Below, piece by piece: positions 19,569-30,222 of a stretch of 64,000 nucleotides of DNA. The notes beneath the pieces are model-generated. The model was not told the origin of the DNA. It did not search any database and saw only the letters and a list, made by a program, of their open reading frames with translations. Each line of letters starts with the position of its first letter. Positions within the stretch are counted from its first letter, which is position 1. A program made the translations under genes and the position numbers. Source of the stretch: Nanobdellota archaeon (GTDB lineage Archaea; Nanobdellota; Nanobdellia; Pacearchaeales; GW2011-AR1); assembly GCA_030648155.1 (NCBI GenBank), contig JAUSIK010000013.1, forward strand, positions 65,924 through 129,923. Reading direction: 5' to 3'.

Positions 19569-20237
19569 ATGTGGACATACCATAAAGAAGTAAAAAGAGA
19601 GTTTGATGTTACTAAAGTAAATAGAGACTTTATTATTTTTGAATCTGATACAAGTTCTTTTGACTTTTGTAGTGCAAATTTCAAAAATAACTATTTTGGG
19701 AAGCAAATTTATTCTTCTCAACTACAAATTTTTAATGTAAATAAAAATCATCCAGTGGAACTAAGAAGCACCTCTCATCAAAATGTCCGCCTTAGGGTTT
19801 TAGGTGATGAGCGTCTTCCTGCACAATTAGCATTGGATAAGGAAGTTTATCGATGTTCTACTTTGGTACTTATGCCTTATAAAATAGAAGAAGTTCCTGC
19901 AGTGGAAGAGGAAAAAGCAAGAATTTATTCAATCGAGAAAGGATTTGCTAGAATTGGCCAGAGTGAAAGATTAGATAGTTCTTTGTTATTTGTTCCGCAT
20001 GGAGATATTATTGAGTCAGAAATTTCAAAGTATTGTTTCATGCCACCATCACAAGTTTGGTCTCATGTACATAAGTGGCTATTAAATAGGCATGTTGTTT
20101 ATTCCAAAGCAGATATATTTAATAACAAAGAAGAAGGTCATTTTGAGATTCCTATTGATGGAGTAAGAAAAGTTAGCAAAGACATTGTTCAAACATTGGA
20201 AAGAGAGTACGATATAAAATTAATTTTTGATAATTAA
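19569..20237 (+). CDS. Hypothetical protein
   Basis: 222-aa ORF, no family recognised. Confidence 0.6.
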   Translation: MWTYHKEVKREFDVTKVNRDFIIFESDTSSFDFCSANFKNNYFGKQIYSSQLQIFNVNKNHPVELRSTSHQNVRLRVLGDERLPAQLALDKEVYRCSTLVLMPYKIEEVPAVEEEKARIYSIEKGFARIGQSERLDSSLLFVPHGDIIESEISKYCFMPPSQVWSHVHKWLLNRHVVYSKADIFNNKEEGHFEIPIDGVRKVSKDIVQTLEREYDIKLIFDN

Positions 20238-20842
20238 TATTGATCTTTATAACGCCCTCTTGATTCTACTTTTTTTAATCTTTTTAAAATTTCTTCATAA
20301 TTTTTTGAAATTTTATAGCCTTCTAGAATGGAATTAAAGGCCTGCTCGGCAATTTTGAAATGCTTGGCCTCTAGAGCTTCTTTAATTAAGTGGAGATCTA
20401 CTGCTTTGTCCTCTGCTCTTTTCGAGGTAAACCCTAAACCGAAGTCAATAAAATAGAGAATAGATTTTTGCAATATCATGTTAGAAGTAGTTAAATCTCC
20501 ATGAATTATATCGTTGTCATGAATTTTGGCAAGATTTTCCCCAATTTTTTTACATACTTCTAATTTATTTTTTATAGAATCCAGATGTTCGGATAGTTTT
20601 TTTCCTTCAATAAACTCTATTATTATTTCTTGAGTATTTTCATTTAATTTAAGAATTTTAGGAATTGGGATAAGTTTGGACGCTTTTTGAAGAAGATTAA
20701 ATTCTTTTTTTGTTCTTTGCTTTCTAATTTTTTGATCTAATTCAGGGAGCCTGTAAGATTTTCTTACTCTTTTTTTTGTAATTAATTCTTTATCTTTTAT
20801 TATAATTGCTTCAGCCCCTTGCTGAATTATTTTTCCTTTCAT
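20234..20842 (-). CDS. bud32: KEOPS complex kinase Bud32
   Basis: QGAEA, HGDLTTSN, IDFGL, RGRY; ATG at 20842 preferred. Confidence 0.93.
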   Translation of the reverse strand: MKGKIIQQGAEAIIIKDKELITKKRVRKSYRLPELDQKIRKQRTKKEFNLLQKASKLIPIPKILKLNENTQEIIIEFIEGKKLSEHLDSIKNKLEVCKKIGENLAKIHDNDIIHGDLTTSNMILQKSILYFIDFGLGFTSKRAEDKAVDLHLIKEALEAKHFKIAEQAFNSILEGYKISKNYEEILKRLKKVESRGRYKDQY

Positions 20843-20892
20843 GATAGATGGTGCAAGGGAAGGTTTATAAGGTTTTTTTGGCATATATTTAG

Positions 20893-21234
20893 ATGATTTC
20901 TAAGGCAGGATCAATACTAACATTGATTGGGGGGATAATTACTTTTGTAATTTCATTTTTGTTTTTGTTAGTTGGGATTGTTGTTTTATCTGTTGCATCA
21001 TTATATGATAAAATAGGAACTCAACTAGCACCTGGACTAATTGCCGGCATTTTAATACTTATTTTTATATGTTTGTTAATAGCAGGAATATTGAAAATTT
21101 ATGCGTCAAAATTAATGATGAATAAAAAGAAGGTAGTTAAGGGAGGAGTTATTGCTGTAGTAACAGGGGCGTTCACTTCAGATATATTTGCTTTGAGCGG
21201 AGGGATAGTCGCTCTTGTTCAAGGGAACAATTAA
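20893..21234 (+). CDS. Membrane protein
   Basis: Three hydrophobic segments. Confidence 0.6.
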   Translation: MISKAGSILTLIGGIITFVISFLFLLVGIVVLSVASLYDKIGTQLAPGLIAGILILIFICLLIAGILKIYASKLMMNKKKVVKGGVIAVVTGAFTSDIFALSGGIVALVQGNN

Positions 21235-21263
21235 ACTTTGATTATTGTTTAATAATACTGAAG

Positions 21264-22625
21264 TTAGAACTTCATTTTTCTACCGAATTTTTTGGCGAAT
21301 TTCATAATTGTTTTTTGATCCATTGTGCCTGATGCAAGATTTGATTGAGAACTAATCATTTCTTTAAGCATTTTATATTGTTTTATCAATGCCCTAATTT
21401 CTGAAGTGGATGTTCCCGATCCTTTTGCAATTCTCGCGATTCTTGATGTTTGTTTTTCTAGAATTTCCGGATTTTCAACTTCTTCTTTAGTCATAGAATT
21501 TATTGCATGCTTCCAATGCTTAACTTTTTCCTGCTGTAATTCTAATTGCTCTGATGATATTTTTTCTTTTGCCTTTCCTAAACCTGGGATTAGAGAAAGA
21601 ACTTTATCCATGGAGCCGAGAGATTCCATTGATTCTAACTGTGTTTGCAAATCTTTAAGGGTAAATTTTCCTTCTTGCAGTCTTGCTTGCTGTTCTTCTA
21701 TTTGTTTTTGATCCATTACTGAATGGATCTTTTCCATAAGTGTTTTTAAGTCGCCCATACCTAGAAGCCTTGAGAGGAATGATTCTGGGTCGAAAGTTTC
21801 TAAATCAGATGGTTTTTCACCTGTTCCGATAAATATTACAGGGGCTTTTACTTCTGCACAGGCTGTTAGTGAACCTCCTGCCTTTGCGGTTGAGTCCATA
21901 CGAGTTATTATTACTCCTGTAATATTTAGGATTTCTTTGAATTTTTGCGCTTGGGATTTTGCAGCTTGCCCTATATCTGCAGGCATGACTAGAATAGTTT
22001 CAGAAGGAGAAATAAGTTTATTCAAGGATTTTATTTCATCTATTAACTGTGAATCTAGAGCATCACGACCTGCTGTATCGACTAAAACTAAATCATATTT
22101 TTTTAATTCTTGTAAGAAAGACTTGTAGATTTTTTCAGGAGATTTTTCTTTTTTATTTACAAAGATGGGAATGTTTAATTTTTTTCCTAATTGTTCTAAT
22201 TGGTCGGTTGCTGCAGGACGATGGACATCTAGACCTATGGCACATACTTTATGGCCTCTTTTAGCATAATAAGATGCTAATTTTGAAATGGTAGTTGTTT
22301 TTCCAGATCCGTACAAACCTACTAACATAAAAGTATTTGATTTTTGCAGTTTTATTTCTCTTTTTTCTCCTAGAATAGACAATAGTTCATCATGCAATAA
22401 TTTAATGACATGCTCTTTTTTTTCTAAGCCTTTAATTCTTTCATCTAGAGCAACTTGCTTAATTTTTTGGGTGATTTGCAAGACCAAGGAGACATTAACA
22501 TCTGCTTCTATGAGTGCTCTTTGCAAATCTTTTATAATTTGATCAACTAGAGTTTTATCTAGAAAAATAGCATTAGCTATCTTATCTGTTGTTTTTTTCA
22601 ATACTGATGACAGTTTGTCTAACAT
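21264..22625 (-). CDS. srp54: Signal recognition particle protein SRP54
   Basis: GLYGSGKTT, DTAGR, AKAGG, Met-rich M domain (RIARIAKGSG). Confidence 0.96.
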   Translation of the reverse strand: MLDKLSSVLKKTTDKIANAIFLDKTLVDQIIKDLQRALIEADVNVSLVLQITQKIKQVALDERIKGLEKKEHVIKLLHDELLSILGEKREIKLQKSNTFMLVGLYGSGKTTTISKLASYYAKRGHKVCAIGLDVHRPAATDQLEQLGKKLNIPIFVNKKEKSPEKIYKSFLQELKKYDLVLVDTAGRDALDSQLIDEIKSLNKLISPSETILVMPADIGQAAKSQAQKFKEILNITGVIITRMDSTAKAGGSLTACAEVKAPVIFIGTGEKPSDLETFDPESFLSRLLGMGDLKTLMEKIHSVMDQKQIEEQQARLQEGKFTLKDLQTQLESMESLGSMDKVLSLIPGLGKAKEKISSEQLELQQEKVKHWKHAINSMTKEEVENPEILEKQTSRIARIAKGSGTSTSEIRALIKQYKMLKEMISSQSNLASGTMDQKTIMKFAKKFGRKMKF

Positions 22626-22760
22626 AGAAAAGGCAGGAAAGAAGGGGTTAATAAAGTTTCGCTAGAGATAATGTTTATGAATGGCGCGACTAAAAATTCC
22701 AACAATGTATTTTTGAGTTTTTCAAAAACATTTCGGAATGTGAAAATTAACGGAATTTAT

Positions 22761-23168
22761 TTAAGCAATTCTTCTTTCTCTTGCAAAAGTTGGAACCCAT
22801 ATTCCATAAAGTGCAATCGCATCTTTGTAAGCATTTACTTCTTTTCCGACAGCAGAAGCCAAAGATTCTGGTCTTACTTCTAAAGCATTCAAAACTCGTG
22901 TGACTTTGTCTAAACTTCCAACATGGAGTGTTGCAATTTCTCCAGATGTTTGATCTCTTATTGTAATTCCAAGTCCCGATTTATTCCCAGTGATAGAACG
23001 AGTATCATAAGGAGTTTTCTCTTCAACACCATCTCTTGTTCTCTTGCAAAAGTAAATGTCTACAACTGTTGAAGTTACTCTTCTTAAGGAATCCAAATGT
23101 TCTGGATTTGTAGGTAAATTTCCGGTATGAACATTTAAACCATTTATATCATATATTTCATATGTCAT
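22761..23168 (-). CDS. Hypothetical protein
   Basis: 135-aa ORF with TATA-like box upstream. Confidence 0.6.
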   Translation of the reverse strand: MTYEIYDINGLNVHTGNLPTNPEHLDSLRRVTSTVVDIYFCKRTRDGVEEKTPYDTRSITGNKSGLGITIRDQTSGEIATLHVGSLDKVTRVLNALEVRPESLASAVGKEVNAYKDAIALYGIWVPTFARERRIA

Positions 23169-23337
23169 ATTTTGGTTATTATTGGATCATATTTAAATCT
23201 TTCGCTTTATCACTATTACAAAGTTACAAATATAATTATTCATTTTTCGGATTATTAACATATAAGTGGGAGGTAATAAAAATATAACAAATCCTGTTAT
23301 AAGGTAATTTTATAAATTAATTCACATTGAAGGGACC

Positions 23338-23841
23338 ATGAACTTGGATCAGATATTTATTTATGCAATTGTTTTAGCTGTTGTTATTTTTATTATTTCC
23401 TATATAATCAAGATGCTAAAGGGAAAAATTGCAATTGAACTGGAAAAATTTGAATATTCTACTGGAGAGGAAATTAAGGGGCAGGTTATATTAAAATTAA
23501 GAAAGGAAGTTAAGGCAACGGCACTTAATATTGGGATTATTGGAGAGAGAAAACAGAAATCTTCTTTTGGCCGAAAATCATCAAGCCAAAAAAATGCTGT
23601 TTATGAATTCAAGAAGCCAATAAGCGGAGAAAAGATTTATCCTGCTGGAGAGAGTAAATTTGACTTTAAATTGAAGACTCCGAGTAATATCGAGTCTAAA
23701 ATAAATAGTGGGAATGCAACGGTGGATACAATGATGAACACAATGTTAAGTTATGCTGGCATGATTAGATGGTATGTGGTTGCTGAATTGGAAGTTGCTG
23801 GACTTAATATTAAAAAGAAGGTTCAGATTAACATCTCGTAA
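23338..23841 (+). CDS. Membrane-anchored arrestin-N/SpoOM-like protein
   Basis: YSTGEEIKGQV, YPAGESKFDF, WYVVAEL pattern. Confidence 0.55.
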   Translation: MNLDQIFIYAIVLAVVIFIISYIIKMLKGKIAIELEKFEYSTGEEIKGQVILKLRKEVKATALNIGIIGERKQKSSFGRKSSSQKNAVYEFKKPISGEKIYPAGESKFDFKLKTPSNIESKINSGNATVDTMMNTMLSYAGMIRWYVVAELEVAGLNIKKKVQINIS

Positions 23842-24863
23842 TTTTTGATTATTCTGTCCAGGACTTTGAGAGGCTCTTCTGGATTGAACTTGTTTTTATT
23901 TAGAGCTTTCTCATACTTTGATAGATTGTTGAGGAAATTTTGGATTTGGATTTTACTAGGATTTTCTGAATAGTCACCTAGGCCTGATTTTTTTAGGTAG
24001 AGGGCGTTAAATGTTTGCTCGAACTGGCCTTTTAGAGGGAGTGCGAAATATGGCTTTTTTAGATAAATTGCTTCTGAAATTAGAGAGAAACCTGCAGATG
24101 CGATTACTGCTTTACAGGTTGATAGGTCTTTTAGAAATGAAGTTGATGGCTTTTTTAGCAGGATATTTTTTATCTTTTCATTTTTTTTGATAAAAGGAGA
24201 ATAAACGATAAAGTTCTCTGGGATTGAACTGAATATTTTTATTAAATTTTCTGAAGGTTTGGTTAAGTATATTAGAACTTTATTTTGTTTTATAGGCTTT
24301 AAATTTATTATCTCTTTTCTTAATATTGGAGAGACTATGAATGTTTTTTCTTTAGAAGGTTTTGTTTTTGTAAATGAAGTTACTATGAACGCATCCGCTT
24401 TTGAGACACAGGTATTTATCGTTAGTTTGGCTAATGTACTTGACAGGAGATATTCTTTTGGTATTTTTATGTTGGTATTTGTTAGAAGGTGTTGATTATC
24501 GAGGCTTATTAATGGAAGATTATACCAATAGGAGATTATTGGAGTTAGGAGTTCCATATCTGAAATGCAAATTTGAGGTGAAAATTTGTCTATTTTAGAT
24601 TTTATTGGCTTCCAATTTGATAAATCTGTAAGGGTTGTTTGAATATTTTTAAGGAAAGTTTTAGTTAGCGAAAGTTTCCCGTTTTCAAATACTAATGGGA
24701 TTCCTTCGATTTTTATAGAGGGGAATTTTTTTAATACCTCATAAGCTTGGCCATAAGTTAGTACAAGAACTTTATGTCCTTTTTTATGTAAATGTGAAAT
24801 TATTTCTATTGCCCTGGACGAATGACCTAAACCTTCTCCACATACCCCGTATAGTATACGCAT
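23823..24863 (-). CDS. MJ1255/VC2487-family GT-B glycosyltransferase
   Basis: MRILYGVCGEGLGHSSR, DNQH, AGFSLISEA, GQFEQTFNA. Confidence 0.88.
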   Translation of the reverse strand: MRILYGVCGEGLGHSSRAIEIISHLHKKGHKVLVLTYGQAYEVLKKFPSIKIEGIPLVFENGKLSLTKTFLKNIQTTLTDLSNWKPIKSKIDKFSPQICISDMELLTPIISYWYNLPLISLDNQHLLTNTNIKIPKEYLLSSTLAKLTINTCVSKADAFIVTSFTKTKPSKEKTFIVSPILRKEIINLKPIKQNKVLIYLTKPSENLIKIFSSIPENFIVYSPFIKKNEKIKNILLKKPSTSFLKDLSTCKAVIASAGFSLISEAIYLKKPYFALPLKGQFEQTFNALYLKKSGLGDYSENPSKIQIQNFLNNLSKYEKALNKNKFNPEEPLKVLDRIIKNYEMLI

Positions 24864-24925
24864 TTTATTGATGGAGGGAGAAATGTTAATAAATGTTGGT
24901 TTTGAGAGAGAAAAGGTTTAAAATA

Positions 24926-25813
24926 TTACTTTAGACCAAAATATCTATCAAACTCTATGCCTACTTTAGTGTGAGTTTTTATATAATCTGCTAAATCTTG
25001 GGGTGAATTCTTATCATCCCTCATTTTTTTTATGGTTTCTTCCATTATGGCCTCATTCACATTTAAATCTAAAAGATACATTACCATATTTATCTTTTTT
25101 TGATCTGGACGTATTATTTTCATTTCATCTTTTTTTCTTTGTAAGTAGACAATTTCAAACGGCCCCCCCACCCCAGTATGCTTTTCACTTGCCTTTCCGG
25201 CTTTCATTAAAACATCTATTCCTTCGTCTAAGCTTAGTTCTTTTTTCCATCTATAATTTTCTAATTCTACACCCATCTTTTCAATAGCCATAATTTGTCC
25301 GCTTCCTGAAACGGCGTAGTCTTTTATATTATTGAATAATAGGCTTGTTCCAGGAAATCCTACTAAATATAGAAGGGGATTATCATAGTTTGTAGCTAAC
25401 ATTAATTCCAAAGAAAAAAATCCGTTTGTATTATTCGAAGCTTTGAGGACTTCTTCTACTACATGATGATTAATAACTGTACCTTGCTGGGGGGCTATTA
25501 CTTCTCTAATATCGGAGAAACCATATTTTGCTAGGACTCCTCTTTGAAAATGTTTCGCCCTTATGTTATGGTAAGATTGTTCAACTTTATCGCTTAATTC
25601 TTTTCCTGACCTATATTGATTCTCTTTAACTAATTGAATAATTTCATTTCCTAGCACTGGAGAACCTATTACACCTGTTATTGAAGAATCATCTAATTCT
25701 TGAATTTTTTTAAAAATATCTTGCGTAAATCCTATTCCTTGGTAGGTCCCTTCAGCATCTTGAATTAACATAACTGTATTGTTATTAGGAATTAGTCCTA
25801 TACTTATTGTCAT
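24926..25813 (-). CDS. Proteasome beta-like Ntn-hydrolase
   Basis: N-terminal MT, D19, KKI, SGSG and VGG motifs. Confidence 0.7.
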   Translation of the reverse strand: MTISIGLIPNNNTVMLIQDAEGTYQGIGFTQDIFKKIQELDDSSITGVIGSPVLGNEIIQLVKENQYRSGKELSDKVEQSYHNIRAKHFQRGVLAKYGFSDIREVIAPQQGTVINHHVVEEVLKASNNTNGFFSLELMLATNYDNPLLYLVGFPGTSLLFNNIKDYAVSGSGQIMAIEKMGVELENYRWKKELSLDEGIDVLMKAGKASEKHTGVGGPFEIVYLQRKKDEMKIIRPDQKKINMVMYLLDLNVNEAIMEETIKKMRDDKNSPQDLADYIKTHTKVGIEFDRYFGLK

Positions 25814-26022
25814 ATGGATGTGGGCTAAATGAGGTTTATAAATCTTTTTGTTTGTAACTACTTTTAAGTTAAATACTTTAATTAAATAAATCTAAATAAT
25901 GTTATTTAATATTTAATAAAGTTATTTAATTTTAGTCCTGAAAGGGTTAGATAGGGGAGGAAATTACTAGTGATTTATAATTGGGGGAAAGATTTATTAA
26001 GATTATTTAATGTTAAATAAGA

Positions 26023-26262
26023 ATGGTAAAAAAAGAGGGTGGAAAAAGTTTAAAGACTTTTAATTTAAATGGGGAAATTTATAGAGAATATTCCGAATAC
26101 TGCAGGAAACACGGAATTAGCATGAGCAAAAAAGTTGAGAATTTCATCAAGCAAGAATTAGAAAAATTTAGAGGCGTTAGGGGTGATGAAAATAAAACAA
26201 TTGAAAGAAAATCAGGGGAATTTAGCGGGGAGATTGAACATTCTTTTAAAAAATATTGCTGA
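26023..26262 (+). CDS. Ribbon-helix-helix-like small protein
   Basis: KTFNLNGEIYREYSEYCRKHGISMSKKVENFI. Confidence 0.65.
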   Translation: MVKKEGGKSLKTFNLNGEIYREYSEYCRKHGISMSKKVENFIKQELEKFRGVRGDENKTIERKSGEFSGEIEHSFKKYC

Positions 26263-26296
26263 AAGATTTTTATACTGAAAATGTTTAGAGAGTTAG

Positions 26297-27031
26297 ATGG
26301 CGAAAGAGGGTTTTTTTAGAAAGAATAAATATGCTTTCTCTTTATTAATAATTATTTTAGTGCTTTTTGGTATTACTGCAATTAACCCTCCTTATCCTCA
26401 AGATTTTTTTTACGAACATATCATGACTATTGTTTTTTTTGTGTTGATGATTTTTAGCTACAAATATTTTAGGTTGAGCAATCTATCATATACTTTGATA
26501 TTTGCTTTTTTAATTTTGCATATTATTGGGGCGAGGTTTACTTATTCTGAAGTGCCTTATCCTCAATTTTTTATGAACTATTTTAATTTTGATATTCAAG
26601 AATTTTTTGGGTGGGAAAGAAATCATTATGATAGATTGGTTCATTTTTCATTTGGACTGCTTTTTGCGTACCCTCTAAGAGAACTATTTTGGAGAGTAGC
26701 ACAGGCAAAAGGAATTTGGAGATATTATTTGCCTTTAGAGTTAGTTATGGCTTTTTCAATGTTATATGAATTAATAGAATATGGATTTGCTGTAATTGTC
26801 GGCGGAGATGTTGGCCAGTCATATTTAGGAACACAAGGAGATGAGTGGGATGCACAGAAAGATATGCTGTTAGCGACGCTGGGGGGATTAATAACTCTAA
26901 GTGTGACTTTTTTTGTTAATTTATTTTACAAGGGTTTTAAGAATGAACTAAAAGACAGTCTTAAAATAAGCAGAAAAACTCCTTTAGGAGAAGTAGAATT
27001 AAGAAGGTTAAAGAAGAGGGCAGGGAGATAG
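26297..27031 (+). CDS. DUF2238 (YjdF-like) membrane protein
   Basis: RNHYDRLVHF, YELIE, GTQGDEWDAQKDM. Confidence 0.88.
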   Translation: MAKEGFFRKNKYAFSLLIIILVLFGITAINPPYPQDFFYEHIMTIVFFVLMIFSYKYFRLSNLSYTLIFAFLILHIIGARFTYSEVPYPQFFMNYFNFDIQEFFGWERNHYDRLVHFSFGLLFAYPLRELFWRVAQAKGIWRYYLPLELVMAFSMLYELIEYGFAVIVGGDVGQSYLGTQGDEWDAQKDMLLATLGGLITLSVTFFVNLFYKGFKNELKDSLKISRKTPLGEVELRRLKKRAGR

Positions 27032-27035
27032 TTTT

Positions 27036-28406
27036 TTACTCGAGTCCTAGATTTTTTAGAACTGTGGATTTAGTGAAAGGAGTTAGGTCTTTGTAGTTTT
27101 GTCCAGTCCCTAAGAAGTAAATAGGTTTTTTAGTTACATAGGAAACTGAAAGAATTGTACCTGCCTTTTCATCTACATCTGCTTTTGAGAGTATTATTCC
27201 GTCAATATTAATCGATTCATTAAATGTTTTAGCCTGCTCTAGAGCATCATTTCCGGTTATTGATTCAGCAAGAAATATTTTTAAATCTGGCTGTGAGACT
27301 CTTACTATTTTTTCCATTTCTTTAATAAGATTTGTTTTGGTGTACATTCTTCCAGCAGTGTCTATAAGAACTGCTTTTATTTTGTGGATCTCTGCATATT
27401 TTTTAGTGTCAAAAGCAACTGCGGCAGGGTCTGAACCATAGGTATGTTTTACAATAGGTATATGCAATTTATCCGCATGCTGCTGGAGTTGTTCAATTGA
27501 GGCAGCCCTGAAGGTATCGGCTGCTCCTAAAACGCATGAGATATTATTTTCTTTAAGGTAGTGTGCTACTTTTGCAATTGAGGTGGTTTTACCGCTTCCA
27601 TTGATTCCAACAAATATTATTACATAAGGGCCAGTGTGTTTTTTATTTATTGCTTCGATAAGATTAGGCGGTTCTGTTAAGATTTCTAAAATAGAATTTT
27701 TAAGGGAATTAATTATTGTTTCATTTACCTTTGCTTTTTTTACTTCTATTCCAACAAGGTCTTTTGACAGTTCTTTATGGATTTTTTCTACAACGTCTAG
27801 CGCGACATTATTTTCGAGAAGAGTTATTTCTAACTCTTGAAATAGTTCATCGAACTGCTCTTGTGCAAGAGTGGATGTTGAAAGTTTTGACGCTAATTTT
27901 GAAAAGAATCCTTCTTGTTTTTCTGGTTCTTGTATTTTTTTAGGTTCTTCTTTTATTGCTTCAGGAATGGATTGTTCAGGCACTTTTTGTTCAATAATTG
28001 CTGATTCTTCTGATTTTTCTTGGGTTAGGTTTTCGCCTGATTTTTTTCTTGAGAAAATTTTTGAGAAAAAGCCTTGCTTCTCGTCAGCTGGTTTTTGTTC
28101 GTCAATAATTTCTTTTTCAAGTTCTTCTAGGCCTTTCTGAAGCTTTTCATCATGAACAGTTTCTTGAGGTTTAATGACTGGTTTTTCTTCGATTTTTTGG
28201 GGCGTTTCTTGAATAACTTCTTCTTTGATTTCCTCTATTTTCTTCTTTTTAGTTTCTTTTTTTATTTTAGAAGGTTTTACTGGTTTTTCTTTATTTTTTT
28301 TTGGCTTAATTTCTTTTTTTTCTTTAGCAGACTTAGTTTTACTAGTTTTTTCTTCTTCTGGTTTTTTGAACCAGGATGTTAGTTTGTCTTTAAGTGATTT
28401 AAACAT
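27036..28406 (-). CDS. ftsY: SRP receptor FtsY
   Basis: GINGSGKTT, DTFRAAS, DTAGR; charged N-terminal region. Confidence 0.95.
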   Translation of the reverse strand: MFKSLKDKLTSWFKKPEEEKTSKTKSAKEKKEIKPKKNKEKPVKPSKIKKETKKKKIEEIKEEVIQETPQKIEEKPVIKPQETVHDEKLQKGLEELEKEIIDEQKPADEKQGFFSKIFSRKKSGENLTQEKSEESAIIEQKVPEQSIPEAIKEEPKKIQEPEKQEGFFSKLASKLSTSTLAQEQFDELFQELEITLLENNVALDVVEKIHKELSKDLVGIEVKKAKVNETIINSLKNSILEILTEPPNLIEAINKKHTGPYVIIFVGINGSGKTTSIAKVAHYLKENNISCVLGAADTFRAASIEQLQQHADKLHIPIVKHTYGSDPAAVAFDTKKYAEIHKIKAVLIDTAGRMYTKTNLIKEMEKIVRVSQPDLKIFLAESITGNDALEQAKTFNESINIDGIILSKADVDEKAGTILSVSYVTKKPIYFLGTGQNYKDLTPFTKSTVLKNLGLE

Positions 28407-28447
28407 AATTTTCTTAGAGGAGGGAGATTTATAAAGTTGTGTTTTAC

Positions 28448-29029
28448 TTAAATTTTTATTCGATAATGGTATATTTTATCAAAGCGAATTGTCCAGGAAC
28501 AGGTTTGTTTTATTGATGCTTTTTCCATTATTTTTCTAAAAAGACGGATTGAATTTCCATGTGCTGAAATTGCCACATTGACTTTATTTTTTATCATTAA
28601 ATCTTTTAAATCTTTAATAAAAGAAGAGACTCTTTTTTCTACCTGCTTGAAACTCTCTCCTTTTGGAGGCGAGGCGGAGAAATCTCTATGAATTCTATTA
28701 AATTCATCCAGGGAATGCTTTTTTATATAATCTTCATGAAGAGTTCCATTTAGAGTGCCGTAATTTCGCTCTATTATCCTATTATCGATGATAATTTTTT
28801 TACATTCAGGGTGGAATTTTAGAACTTGTTTAAGTGTTTGTTTTGAGCGATTTAATTTTGTTTGAAAAGCAACCTGAAATTCTTTATTTTTCAGTTTATT
28901 TGCCAAAATTTTGGCTTGTTTTTTCCCCAATGCTGTTAGTGGAGGGTTATGCAGACCTGTAAAACGTTTGTCTCTATTATAAGTAGTTTGATCGTGACGG
29001 AAAAGATAGATATTTAGTTTATTTGCCAT
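28448..29029 (-). CDS. Histidine phosphatase / dPGM-like phosphoglycerate mutase
   Basis: RHDQT, ERNYG, PPKGES, AHGNSIR. Confidence 0.85.
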   Translation of the reverse strand: MANKLNIYLFRHDQTTYNRDKRFTGLHNPPLTALGKKQAKILANKLKNKEFQVAFQTKLNRSKQTLKQVLKFHPECKKIIIDNRIIERNYGTLNGTLHEDYIKKHSLDEFNRIHRDFSASPPKGESFKQVEKRVSSFIKDLKDLMIKNKVNVAISAHGNSIRLFRKIMEKASIKQTCSWTIRFDKIYHYRIKI

Positions 29030-29103
29030 TTCATATAGGTGGAAGGATGGATTTTTATATGTAATGGAATGTTGTGTTTGTTTGCAATAAAGAATAAAAA
29101 GGT

Positions 29104-29391
29104 ATGAAGGTAAGGATAATTATGGGTATTGAATACGGGACAATAATACACAGGATTACTTTTAAAGAATCTGAATTGGTTTCTGATATTGCGAAGGAAC
29201 TAAGGGATAAGCATCCTGCATTGGATGAAAGAGAAAGCTTAAAACTTGCACAGAATTCTTTAAATGGTTTAAGAAGGGATTATGATGAATCACTCTATAA
29301 GGGATTGGTAAGAGAAGGGGTGAATTATGGTGTTAAGTTATATGGGGAATCTGGAAGTGAAGGGCCAGTTGAAGATTTTGGTTTGGGATAG
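29104..29391 (+). CDS. Hypothetical protein
   Basis: 95-aa ORF. Confidence 0.5.
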   Translation: MKVRIIMGIEYGTIIHRITFKESELVSDIAKELRDKHPALDERESLKLAQNSLNGLRRDYDESLYKGLVREGVNYGVKLYGESGSEGPVEDFGLG

Positions 29392-29415
29392 ATTATGGCT
29401 AATTTTATACACTAT

Positions 29416-29766
29416 TTAATAATCTCTAAATGGCACTATTTTTACATTTTTAACAGATGAACGGATTACATAGCCATCTTTTTTTGGAGAATGCTCTAAT
29501 TCGTTATTCTCTCTCATCAATAACATTACACTTCTAATATCGTTTGTGGTGTATCTATTATTATATAATAACTTAATTTTTGCTGTGACTTCTTCAGGAG
29601 TTTTACCCGGAAAATCGTATCTATCTTGAACTATCTCAAGAACACTAAGAATTAATGGCCTAGCATGTTCGTATATAACTTTTTCACATTGTTCTAATGT
29701 TTTTTTTGCATTTTCTCTTTTTCTAAATGCGTCATTTAATCTCATATTTTGTAAAATTACTTTCAT
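29416..29766 (-). CDS. Hypothetical protein, possible wHTH
   Basis: 116-aa ORF with helix-helix-hairpin pattern. Confidence 0.5.
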   Translation of the reverse strand: MKVILQNMRLNDAFRKRENAKKTLEQCEKVIYEHARPLILSVLEIVQDRYDFPGKTPEEVTAKIKLLYNNRYTTNDIRSVMLLMRENNELEHSPKKDGYVIRSSVKNVKIVPFRDY

Positions 29767-29836
29767 TATAAAAATATTGTTGTAATAGCTTTATATTCAA
29801 CATTAATCTTAAATAGTTAAATGATTAATATTTATT

Positions 29837-30175
29837 ATGGATATAAAAAATAGAGCAGATATTTTGTCTTTTGGAGACTTATGTGGAAGGATACAAGGTC
29901 TTTATGATTCACAAAATATAAGCATAGCATATGTTAAGATAGAGGAAAATGCAATTTCCCATAAACATGATAAAATGGAAGAGGTTTATTATATACTTAA
30001 GGGGGAGGGAATTATACAAATTGGAAAGGAGAGAAGAAAAATTGGAGTGGATGATGTTATTTCTATACCTAAGGGAGAATATCATCATTTGGAAAATACA
30101 TCTAAGGAACCACTGGAATTAATTGTGGTTACTCATCCTAGATACGATTCAACGGATGTCCATAAAAAAGAATAA
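29837..30175 (+). CDS. Cupin-domain protein
   Basis: HKHDKMEEVYYILKGEG...IPKGEYH. Confidence 0.9.
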   Translation: MDIKNRADILSFGDLCGRIQGLYDSQNISIAYVKIEENAISHKHDKMEEVYYILKGEGIIQIGKERRKIGVDDVISIPKGEYHHLENTSKEPLELIVVTHPRYDSTDVHKKE

Positions 30176-30222
30176 TTTTAGACTACAACTAATTTTATAA
30201 GCAAGTTAATTATGAGAATTAT

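Noticed and set aside
25860-25935. Very AT-rich intergenic tract as a replication origin
   Set aside because: No ORB repeats or adjacent orc1/cdc6 gene; explained by divergent promoters.
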